From the NCBI RefSeq assembly GCF_037042905.1, contig NC_087252.1, positions 25,732,001-25,796,000 of the forward strand: a stretch of 64,000 nt of DNA, read 5' to 3'. The notes under the pieces were generated by a model. It was given only the letters and a program-made list of their open reading frames with translations. It was not told the origin of the DNA and did not search any database. A program made the position numbers and the translations under genes. This document shows positions 12,790 through 24,500 of the stretch, in pieces. Within the stretch, counting starts at the first letter, position 1. Each line of letters opens with the position of its first letter. The stretch is from Lytechinus pictus (lineage: Eukaryota).

Positions 12790-14841
12790 CACAACAAAAA
12801 AGTAAGTCCCCCCTAAATCAAATTGCTGTAACTTTTGAACGGAATTATTTTGATATATGATATTTCGTAGGTGGTTTTCTACACTCATTGAGCAACCTCT
12901 GGGGAAAGATGAGATTGATCGGTTGAGTCATGCATGAGTAATTAAAGATTGAATTAAAAATGACCATTTTTGAAAGTCACAAGAGTCGTTTTTCAGATTG
13001 TGCAAATACAAAGCTGGGCAAAAGTTGTTTTTAGGTGAATTTTATGGTGTTAATGCTGTTTTACTATCCATCATTTAGCCACTCAACACACAATTTTGAT
13101 ATCGTATGTTCATGGTTGAGTGAGCACAATAATGCAGGGGCCGCGGGGGGGGGGGGGGGGGGCTCACCCCCACTTTTTTCCAAAAGCATGTACAAAATGT
13201 AAAAATGACCATACGATTGTGATTTTTTGCATGGTCAGCCCCCCACTTTGAAATCCGTTCCGCGGCCCCTGTATAGTGACGTATCATCAAAGGGGTTTAT
13301 GGTATCCTCTACAACTTGTTAGATCATGTTAAAATTTGAAAATGTTGGTGGCTCCCCCGATTATAGGCCCCTCTCCCATTTTAAAATTCTAGATCCACCA
13401 CTGATTTGTCCATAAATTAAACTGATCATGAGAATTTGTAAGAAAAAATACATTTATGCAGTATAAAGAGTATTCATTCCTAAGTTTTCGAATGTGCTTG
13501 CTCAACCATGAAAATTTTAAAACTTCGGAAAGTGTGTGGTGATAGAAATGATGGATGATAAAAACAACAGCAATTAAAGTCACATTTGAAACCGAATTTG
13601 CCCTCAATATTCACTTTATTACCATTTAAAATGGGTCTGTGACATTGAAAATACCCAATTTCCAACTTTGATGTGTGCTCACTCATCCATAAATAAACAA
13701 ATCGATTTCATTTTAGCACAGAATTCTGCCCATAGGTTGATAAACATTACTGCAAAATGACATTTCTAAAGACAGCCTTGAAAAAAAGTTCCACCACATT
13801 GAATAGGGGGTTACTTATTCTTAAACATATGCACCCATAATGTACACAAGTCTATGAGAGAGGAAGTCAACATTTTAACAAATATGAAATGAGGGTTTGA
13901 TTCATGGACGGTTTTTGTTACTTCTGCCAACATTTATTTCATGAAACTTCGCTCATGGCTTCAGTGTAACACTATCCAAAATGTGCGCACACCAAAATAA
14001 CCATTTGATACGGCACAGAGTGGGGCCAGGGCCTTGAACTTTCTTCTCATTTGCATAATTTTCTAATATTGTGTGCTCACTGATGCATTAAACATCGGGA
14101 TTTTCATAAAAATCAAATCAAATGAACCATGCAAGGAGGTTTGTGATAGATATCCATAGCTACAAATTGCATTTTTTCCAATAACGTAAAAAAGAGCTTA
14201 TCACATTCCACATGTTCATTCAAGCGTGAATGTTTAATTAAACGCCTTTGAATCATTGAAGCATGTTAATTGGTCATGAACATAACGAAAAAGTTGAGAA
14301 AAGATCATTTTCAGTTACCAAAATGAAACAATACTTGCCTACGATATTTGAAAATCGTATCTTTTGTTTTCATTAAATGTTCATTGAACCGTGAAACAAT
14401 GAATATTGTTGAAGATACTCTTCCCAAAAATAACTGTCATCATATTCTATCATTTTTATTGATAGAAATGTGTAAGAAATCCAATTATAGCAAATTTGGA
14501 CTTGTGTTCATTCAACCGTGAAATTTAGCCAGAAAAGTTGTATCGTCTTTTAGAAAGTACCTTTTACAAGCCTTCTGACTATTTTTCATGATGAGAATGT
14601 GGAATTAGTTCCAATAAAAATGGAATCAAAGTCATGATATTTGGCTTGTGACTTTTGAAAAGTGACATTTTTGCCTTCTGACGGTGCTCACTGAAGCATG
14701 ACGTAAAATACGTCCATAACATTTACTCAGAGGGTAGCCTATAGAATTACCTACACGCTCATGTAAAAATATATTAAAAACTCGCATTGGTTCGGAAATT
14801 ATTGATGTTTGTTTAAGGGGGGACTTACTTTTTTTGCTGTG
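12790..14841. mobile_element. 2.05-kb non-autonomous Tc1-type element
   Basis: TIR CACA(A/G)CAAAAAA(A)GTAAGTCCCCCC; TA on both sides within TA runs; no transposase ORF in the track. Confidence 0.8.
13135..13271. mobile_element. Small MITE (CAGGGGCCGCGG TIRs, hAT-like) nested in the 12790-14841 element
   Basis: caggggccgcgg ... ccgcggcccctg inverted ends; TSD is degenerate. Confidence 0.65.
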
Positions 14842-15371
14842 TATATATCTTGTTAAGGAGAACAAAGCAGCAAAATAAAGCGAAGCATAAAGCAAATAAA
14901 TACTCTGTGAAACTCCTAAAAATAAAACTAGACAAAAGCATTATATATACGACATAAAATTCTTAGAATACAAAAAAAAATCATATACCCGAGTTATCAA
15001 AATACAATAATATGGCAAGTCAACTATATATTGTTGTTTGTGGGTGGGGGTGGGACGCAAAGCCAAATCCTCGACCACTAAGCCAGAACCCAATCCTGAT
15101 ACATTCAGAAACCTGAAATTGATGATTGCACAAACATGAATATCCAAAACATTATGGATCTATATAGCCAAAATAATAACAGTTCCATGTCTTCTGACTC
15201 CATAATTACCAGAGGAATACTATATATTGGATATATACAAATTTGATCAATAAAACTGTAAAAGAGATATTCTAATAAAAAACTTTTGATTTGAGATCCA
15301 ACGCGCAATGTTCACTTTCCAACAATGAGCAGCTCGCCACCAACAGGAGATAGGTACCAGTGACGCTCTGG

Positions 15372-15607
15372 AATAGACCGGTTTACTAATATAGTCAAAT
15401 TTATGGATGTTTCTTCCATCGGGGCCTAGTAACGAGTTATTCTATTAACCTGTACCTATTAATGGTATTTCAATACTTGGAATCCACTTTGCATACATTA
15501 GTTGTTGCTATTTTCGGCAAATATCAGGCAAGATTTCCGGTTGTTAGAAGCAACCTTTGTTAAACTGGTATGCATAAAGTTTGAATATGTTAGTAAACCG
15601 GTCTATT
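15372..15607. mobile_element. MITE with AATAGACCGGTTTACTAA TIRs
   Basis: 18-bp perfect inverted ends followed by further imperfect symmetry. Confidence 0.75.
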
Positions 15608-16664
15608 GATCCGTGTTTAATTCATATGAAATTAGAATGCATATAATTAGAAATGTTTATTTTGCAGGTTTTATTCTTGCTTGCATTCATGTCATGAAAT
15701 GATCAGCGTGATGTTTTTGTAAAAAATATCCCCCAAAAAATAAGAGTGAAAAAATCCTCAAAGTCACAAATGGCTTTTTAGGTATAAAATTAAGCATAAC
15801 TCCCAGACAGTTTTATGACCACTATTTTTTAGTAATCTGAAGACTTTTAATACAAGAACAAAGTCTGATATATAGCAGTAGCTTCTGGAATTAAGGTGTA
15901 ACATGGCCTGATAATGTAGCCTGGCCTTGTAATGTGAGCTAGCATTAAAAAATAACTTGGCTTAAAATTGTGTAACCGGGCCTTACAATATAACCTGAAA
16001 TTAAAAAGTAATCTAGCTTTGTTAATAGACTTTAAAGTTTGAAACCCGTGCTTATTGTGTAACCTGGCCTTATAGTTTAACCTGCAAAGAGTTAACTTCT
16101 TAAAACAGTAACCTTGCTTTAAACCTGGCTTTAAAATGTATCCTGATCTTTTAGTGTAATCTGGGCCTAGTTGCCTGATAGTGTGATACCTGTGCTAATT
16201 GTGTAACCTTGCCTTATAATGTAACCTGCAATTAAAAACTCATGTGGCTTCCATAGACTTTTAAGTGTGATTCATGTGATTATTGTGTAACCTGGCCTAA
16301 TAATTTAACCTGCTTTAAAGAGTTACCTCCTTTAAAGCATAACCAGGCTTTAGAGTGTAACCTGGCTTTAGAATGTATCCTGATCTATAAGTGTAATCTG
16401 GGCCTACTTGCGTGCAGTATAAAAGACATCATCGCATTGGTCAGATCATGCTGAGAGGACTCGCACTACTGCGTACGGTATTGATAAAAAAGATTCACGT
16501 TGCATGTCATGTAAGAGTCATATTAATATCTTTGTGAAACACCCCTGACCTTATAGTCACCTGACTAAAAGTGTAACATGGCCTGATAATGTAGTCTTGC
16601 CTTGTAATGTAACCCAACATTAAAGAGTAACTAGGTTAAAACTGAAACATGGTCAACGTAACAT

Positions 16665-17660
16665 GGGGGGTGTTTCACAAAGATTTAAGTATGACTTAAC
16701 CCTAACTAGGCCGGGCTTTTTTGGCTGTTCTGTGGCCGGGGGGGGGGGGGGGTTGATTCAACCCCCCCCCCTGAGATCTCGGCCGCCGATCGCGCGAGCG
16801 CTGCAAAAATTTGCACGCTGGTAGTGTGCTATGTAATCTACAAGGCTGTATGGTAAAATTTTCCAAAATAATGAGATTTTATTTTATATGAATTAATTAT
16901 GCTAATTTATGCATAAATCATACTTTTTGCTCTAATTCACTAAATAAAGCTCCTAGAATGCTAATTTTTGGTAAAAAATATTCTTTGAAGCATTCTTAAC
17001 AATGGCAATTGAAAAAAACTTCGGTTTGGAAATCAATTTCTTATGTATTTTATTGTTTTATTAATTTCTTATGTATTTCATTGTTTTTCAACCTTTTGTT
17101 TTTCTTTGTTTTTTTTCACCAGATTTATTGCACAACCTTTTTTAAGCATATTTATGCTAAAATCAATTGCTTTCAGCAGTTTAAAGTAAAAATAATCATA
17201 TCTTTATGAATAAGATGAGAAAACTCAATCTGCATTGACTTTGTACACAAAATCACGTTTTGGAACAATTTTTGGTCTGACACGCACTTACATAATGTTG
17301 CGTAATTTCGGAACCGCGTACCCGGGCGTCGTAAATTTGGTCTCAAAAGATGCGGAAGACTTAAAAGTATAAACTCTGCGAGTGGCGCGGTCAAAAAATT
17401 TCGCGCGGCGGAATGATCGCAGAAAATGTTGAGGGGGGGGTTGATTCAACCCCCCCCCCGGCCATTTTAGGGTTAAATCGCACTTAAATGCGACGCGTAT
17501 CTGAAATGCAACGTGCAATCTAATTCATTAATACGCAATAGTGCGCGTCCTCTTTGCATGATCTGACCAATGCGCAATGCGGTCATGGCTTTTATACCGC
17601 GCAAAACTAGGCATTTAAGTGCGACTCTAAGTCATAATTAAATCTTTGTGAAACACCCCC
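16665..17660. mobile_element. Harbinger-like MITE (GGGGGTGTTTCACAAAGATTTAA TIRs), split by a piggyBac-type MITE
   Basis: TIRs at both ends; uninterrupted sister copy at ~18332-18512; partial copies end at ~16545 and ~18209. Confidence 0.75.
16700..17472. mobile_element. piggyBac-type MITE
   Basis: TTAA|CCCTAA ... TTAGGG|TTAA; subterminal palindromes ggggttgattcaacccc near both ends. Confidence 0.85.
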
Positions 17661-18331
17661 TGGCCTATATAATGTAACCTGGAATTAAAAAGTAATCTGG
17701 CTTTGATAGGCTTTAAAGTGTGATACCTGTGCTTATTGTGTAACCTGGCCTTATAGTTTAACCTGCAAAGGGTTAACTTCTTAAAACAGTAACCTTGCTT
17801 TAAACCTGGCTTTAAAATGTATCCTGATCTTTTAGTGTAATCTGGGCCTAGTTGCCTGATAGTGTGATACCTGTGCTTATTGTGTAACCTTGCCTTATAA
17901 TGTAACCTGCAATTGAAAAGTCAAGTGGCTTCCATAGACCTTTTAAGTGTGATTCATGTGCTTATTGTGTAACCTCTCCTAATAATTTAACCTGCTTTAA
18001 AGAGTTACCTTCTTTAAAGCGTAACCAGGCTTTAGAAGGTATCCTGATCTAAAAGTGTAATATGGGCCTACTTGCATGCAGTATAAAAGACATCACTGCA
18101 TTGGTCAGATCATGCTGAGAGGACTCGCACTACTGCGTACGGTATTGATAAAAAAGATTCATGTTGCATATCAGGTAAGAGTCATTTTAAAATCTTTGTG
18201 AAACACCCCTGACCTTATAGTGTAACCTGACTAGAAGTGAAACATGGCCTGATAATGCAGTCTTGCCTTGTAATGTAACCCAACATTAAATAGTAACTTG
18301 GCTTAAAATTGAAACAACTTATAGTGTAACC

Positions 18332-18512
18332 AGGGTGGTGTTTCACAACGAATTAAGTATGACTTAGGTAGCACTTAAATGCCAACGCAAATAGGCAGTA
18401 GTGCGCTGCCTTTACTCATGACCTGACCAATGCGGTCATGTCTTTTATATCGCACGTAATGAGGCATTTAAGTGCGACTCTAAGTCATACTTAAATCTTT
18501 GTGAAACACCCC
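18332..18512. mobile_element. Harbinger-like MITE (sister of 16665-17660)
   Basis: ggtgtttcacaa ... ttgtgaaacacc inverted ends and a similar interior. Confidence 0.7.
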
Positions 18513-18525
18513 CTGGCCTTATATT

Positions 18526-18668
18526 GCATGCGTGAGTAGCAGACAGTATGGTAGTCGGATCGCAAGGTGTGCAGTGTCGAAGCTTAAATCGCATGGTAGT
18601 CATAAGCCTCGACACCACACACCTTGCGATCCGACTTTCATGCTATGCTGTCTTTGACTCACGCATGC
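18526..18668. repeat. Imperfect palindrome, probably the interior of a MITE
   Basis: gcatgcgtgagt..gtcggatcgcaaggtgtg pairs with cacaccttgcgatccgac..actcacgcatgc. Confidence 0.7.
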
Positions 18669-18920
18669 TGCGCTTTTTGCCATAGCAACTGAGAAAATAG
18701 CGCTTACTACGTACAGCGTATGCATGTTGTATATCATATACGCGTCGTGCAACTCTGCTGTCTGATTGGTTGGAAATTGGATTGAGCCTGCCGTTCAGTC
18801 ATAAGGATTTGACATGTCGAATCCTTACGGTTTTCCTTGCGACTTGTCTCTGACCGGTCTGCGACTCTCAAGCTGACAAGAGCTGTGACGCCGGATCGGG
18901 TCGTAAGGTGTGCGCTTGCC

Positions 18921-19523
18921 TTAAAGGGGAATCCAACCCAAATAAAAACTTGTTTTTATAAGGAAAAGAAAAATCAGACAAGTTGATAGGTGAAAGTTTG
19001 AACAATATTGGACAAACAACAAGAAAGTTATGAATTTTTAAAAGTTGTAAATATTGGTAATCACTATACTCATGGAGACTTCAAATTGGCCGCATATGGG
19101 ATGTCATAGTGATGTAAGGCAAGGACTACTCTTCCATGTACTCCAATACATATTATGGCTAAAATGTCATTTCCCCCAAAAGTCTTACTTCAAATTATAT
19201 TTTTCTTTCATGAGGACATAAAACAATATACTACCTGGGTTATATTTAGATTACTGCCCCAGGGGATTGGGTTCTTAGGAGAAAACCACAAATCCCTGAT
19301 AATAAAGTACTTGGCCTATGGGAAAGTTGTCCTTGCCCCTTGTCATAATTTACTTACCCAGTTGCCAATTTGAAATCTACATAGTATTAGTGATCTCAAT
19401 TTTAAAGCAGCCATTACTTTCTTATTGCTTGTCCGATTTCTTTCAAACTTTCACCATTCTGTTTAATTTATTTTTCTCCTTCCCAACACAACATTTTATG
19501 GCCAAGGCTGGATTCCCCTTTAA
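18921..19523. mobile_element. Kolobok-type MITE, copy 1
   Basis: TTAA-AGGGGAATCCA ... TGGATTCCCCT-TTAA; ~600 bp. Confidence 0.85.
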
Positions 19524-19851
19524 GAGACATCACCGCATTGGTCAGAACATGCTGAGAAGATCTACCTTTTCCTCATCTAAAAATGGGCGGATATCTTTCC
19601 ATAGGTCCTCTTCCCTCTTCTTGGAAAGTTCAATTGATGACTTAACTGGGGGCATCTGAAAAAGTATTGGGATGTCCGCAGAGTTCACCATAAAAGATAA
19701 TATTTCTTCCTCTGCATTGCTTGCCTTCATGTTCCAGTCGTAATGCCTTGTTCCGATAACTTAAATCTGCATGTTGGATGAAAGCAAATGAAAAGTGTTA
19801 TAAAAATACTTACATTGCTTCATGATTTGGAGAGCATATCGAGATTAGAGT

Positions 19852-20755
19852 AACAAGTGGAATGCCTCTGGCGGTCTTACCTGCATCACGCGATTCAATA
19901 TAGCAGCAGTGCTGACTTTGAAAACTACTATAACTCGCACAAGATGTTCAGTGATACTTGGTTACTCTTACGTCCACGTTTTATGAACTAGACCAATACA
20001 CTTACAGAGATATGATGGTAATTCAAAATATACCCCCAACATGGCCAAAGTTCATTGACCTTACATGACCTTTGACCTTGAACATGTGACCTAAAACTTG
20101 CACAGGATGTTCAGTGATACCTGATTACTCTTATGTCCAAGTTTCATGAGTCAGATCCATAAACTTTCAAAGTTATGATGAAACAAATTCGTATATTTAA
20201 TGAGATGTGACCTTTGAACAGCGGTCTCCGAATTCAAACTTTGCCTGTATTTTGGTGTCATCTACCTACATACCAAAAAAATTTAATCCATTAAATATTT
20301 TTCGAGTTTTTGCGCGGATCCAACTCGCTTACTTAACGAGCTGTGACCTTTGACCTGCGGACTCCGAATTCAAACTTAGCCTGTATTTTGGTGTCATCTG
20401 CCTATACACCAACATTTTTTAAAATCCATTAAATATTTTTTCGAGTTTTTGCGCGGAAACCAACTCGCATATTTAATGAGATGTGACCTTTGACCTACAT
20501 GCAGACTCCAACTTGCATATTTAATGAGCTGGAAACCAACTTGCATACTTAATGAGCTGCGACCTTTGACCTGCAGACTCCGAATTCGAACTTAGCCTGT
20601 ATTTTAGTGTCATCTACCTACACACCAAACAGTTTTGAAATCCATTAAATATTTTTTGAGTTATTGCTTGGAAACCAAATGGGGGGACGGACAGATGGAC
20701 GGACAAGGGCAACGCTTAATGCCCCCTACGGACTTCGTCTGCGGGGGCATAAAAA
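19852..20755. mobile_element. Helentron/HINE-like non-autonomous element(s) with internal tandem array (copy at 29359-30262)
   Basis: Start aacaagtggaatgcctctggc.gtct.acctgcat is the reverse complement of the 63890 end; tgacctttgacct-containing ~120-bp repeats; (ggac)n microsatellite then hairpin atgccccc...gggggcat and an A run. Confidence 0.65.
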
Positions 20756-20819
20756 CCCGGAATCGTCATGTATCACGGGTGCACCATCTCACTATTAATT
20801 TTGTATTTTCAACTTGCTA

Positions 20820-21040
20820 CACTGTAAAAACTGTGGTGTTAAACCTGACACCAGTAGGTGTCTATAGAGGACCACACACTGAAGTGCTAAAATTACACAC
20901 TAGAGATTGAATGTAACACCACTTTAAATGTAACAACCAAAAATGTTGTAATAACACCTAATACTGTCAATTTAATACCGGGGTAAAATGACTGGTGTGT
21001 TCCTCTATGTACATCGGTTAACACCACAGTTTTTGGTGTG
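20820..21040. mobile_element. TA-flanked MITE (copy at 30327-30547; partial copies after each satellite foldback)
   Basis: TA|CACTGTAAAAACTGTGGTGTTAA ... TTAACACCACAGTTTTTGGTGTG|TA. Confidence 0.75.
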
Positions 21041-21044
21041 TATC

Positions 21045-21514
21045 AACCAATGAACAAATTGAGACCTTTGAACCAGCTTGCATATATAATGAGCTGTGAC
21101 CTTTGACCTTTGAATTTGAACTTAGCCTGTATTTTGGTGTCATCTACCTACACACCCAATTTTTTTTTTAATCTTTGAATCTTCCATAAGTTATCATGCG
21201 GAAACAAACTCGTATATTTAATGAGATGTGACCTTTGAACAGCGGACTCTGAATTCAAACTTAGCCTGTTATTTTGTGTCATTTACCTACACACCAAATA
21301 CTTTTAAAATTCATTAGATATTTTTCGAGTTATTGCGTGGAAAAAAACTCGCATATTTAATGAGCTGTGACCTTTGGACTCCAATTTCGAACTTAGCCTG
21401 TATTATGGTGTCATCTACCTACACACCAAATATTATTAAAATTCATTAGATATTGTTCGAGTTATTGCGTGGAAATCAACTCACATATTTAATGAGCTGT
21501 GACCTTTGACCTGC
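21045..21514. repeat. ~120-bp tandem repeat of the same family as 20180-20680 (copy at ~30552-31021)
   Basis: Recurrent atatttaatgagctgtgacctttg...aacttagcctgtattttggtgtcatctacctacacacc. Confidence 0.8.
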
Positions 21515-21515
21515 G

Positions 21516-24500
21516 AAATTCTCTGTGCATTATTATTTTGTTCCCTCGAAATTCTATTTTGTTCCCACGAAATACTATTTCGTTCCCACGCAATATTATT
21601 TCGTTCCCACGAAATACTCTTTCGTTCCCACAAAATATCATTTCGTTCCCACGCATTATCCCCCCTCTCTCTCCGATCCGCACCGGCCGTGTATAACACG
21701 TGCAGCATAGCAACGTGCTTTGGTATGGTATGTGCTGATGTCTGAGGCTGATGATGATGGGGGTGATGATGATGGGGGTGATGATGATGATGGGGGTGAT
21801 GATAATGGGAGTGATGATGGGGTGATGATTGGGGTCTATAATGATGATGGGGGTGATGATGATGATGGGGGTGATGATGATGGGGTGATGATTGGGGTCT
21901 ATAATGATGATGGGGGTGATGATGATGATGGGGGTGATGATGATGGGGGTGATAATGATGATGGGGTGATGATGATGATGGGGGTGATGATGATGGGATG
22001 GATGATAATGGGGGTGATGATGATGGGGATGATGATGATGATGGGGGTAATGATGATGGGGGTGATGATGATGATAGGGGTAATGATGATGGGGGTGTAT
22101 GATGATGATGGGGGTGATGATGATGATGGGGGTGATGATGATGAGGGTGATGATGATGGTGGTGATGATGGGGATGATGATGATGATGATGGGGATCATC
22201 ACCCCTATCATCATCATCATCCCCATCATCATCCCCATCATCATCATCCCCATCTTCACCCCCATCATCAACACCCCTATCATCATCATCACCCCTATCA
22301 TCATCATCACCCCCATCATCATCACCCCCATTATCATCACCCCCATCATCATCATCACCCCCATCATCATCATCATCCCCATCATCATCAACCCCATCAT
22401 CATCATCACCCCCATCATCATCATCATCCCCATCATCATCACTCCCATCATCATCACCCCCATCATTAATCCCCATCATCATCATCCCATCAGCATCACC
22501 CCCATAATCATCACATCCCCATCTTCATCACCCCCATCATCTTCCCAATCACCCCCATCATCATCACCCCCACCATCATCAACCCCATCATCATCACCCC
22601 CATCATCATCATCATCCCCACCATCATCACTCCCATCATCATCACCCCCATCATCATCACCCCCATCATCATCATCATCCCCATCATCATCGCTCCCATC
22701 ATCATCACCCCCATCATCATCCCAATCATCATCACTCCCATCTTCATCACCCCCATCATCATCACCCCCATCATCATCACCATCATCATCACCCCCATCA
22801 TCATCACCCCCTCCCCATCATCATCACTCCCATCATCATCAGCCCCATCATCATCACTCCCATCTTCATCACCCCAATCATCATCATCATCCCCATCATC
22901 ACCCCCATCATCATCACCCCCATCATCATCACCCCCATTATCACCCCCATCATCACCCCCATCATCACCCCATCATCATCACCCCCATCATCATCATCAT
23001 CCCCATCATCATCACCCCCATTATCATCCATCCCATCATCATCACCCCCATCATCATCATCCCCATCATCATCACCCCCATCATCATCACCCCCATCATC
23101 ACCCCCATTATCATCACCCCCATCATCATCACCCCCATCATCATCATCATCACCCCCATCATCATCATCATCCCCATCATCATCACCCCCATTATCATCA
23201 CCCCCATCATCATCATCACCCCCATCATCATCATCATCCCCATCATCATCAACCCCATCATCATCATCACCCCCATCATCATCATCATCCCCATCATCAT
23301 CACTCCCATCATCATCACCCCCATCATTAATCCCCATCATCATCATCCCATCAGCATCACCCCCATAATCATCACATCCCCATCTTCATCACCCCCATCA
23401 TCTTCCCCATCACCCCCATCATCATCACCCCCACCATCATCACCCCCATCATCATCACCCCCATCATCATCATCATCCCCACCATCATCACTCCCATCAT
23501 CATCACCCCCATCATCATCACCCCCATCATCATCATCATCCCCATCATCATCGCTCCCATCATCATCACCCCCATCATCATCCCAATCATCATCACTCCC
23601 ATCTTCATCACCCCCATCATCATCACCCCCATCATCATCACCATCATCATCACCCCCATCATCATCATAACCCCCTCCCCATCATCATCACTCCCATCAT
23701 CATCACCCCCATTATCATCCATCCCATCATCATCACCCCCATCATCATCATCCCCATCATCATCACCCCCATCATCATCACCCCCATCATCACCCCCATT
23801 ATCATCACCCCCATCATCATCACCCCCATCATCATCATCATCACCCCCATCATCATCATCATCCCCATCATCATCACCCCCATTATCATCACCCCCATCA
23901 TCATCATCACCCCCATCATCATCATCATCCCCATCATCATCAACCCCATCATCATCATCACCCCCATCATCATCATCATCCCCATCATCATCACTCCCAT
24001 CATCATCACCCCCATCATTAATCCCCATCATCATCATCCCATCAGCATCACCCCCATAATCATCACATCCCCATCTTCATCACCCCCATCATCTTCCCCA
24101 TCACCCCCATCATCATCACCCCCACCATCATCACCCCCATCATCATCACCCCCATCATCATCATCATCCCCACCATCATCACTCCCATCATCATCACCCC
24201 CATCATCATCACCCCCATCATCATCATCATCCCCATCATCATCGCTCCCATCATCATCACCCCCATCATCATCCCAATCATCATCACTCCCATCTTCATC
24301 ACCCCCATCATCATCACCCCCATCATCATCACCATCATCATCACCCCCATCATCATCATAACCCCCTCCCCATCATCATCACTCCCATCATCATCAGCCA
24401 CATCATCACTCCCATCTTCATCACCCCAATCATCATCATCATCCCCATCATCACCCCCATCATCATCACCCCCATCATCATCACCCCCATTATCACCCCC

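Larger units (their letters stand above)
15890..18330. repeat. Degenerate ~20-bp minisatellite (tgtaacctggcctta..) with a ~660-bp higher-order duplication
   Basis: Recurrent tgtaacctg core; block ~15990-16660 is repeated at ~17670-18330. Confidence 0.8.

Noticed and set aside
19155..19659. ORFs repeated identically at 28662-29166
   Set aside because: They lie mostly inside a MITE, and the identity reflects the segmental duplication rather than conservation.
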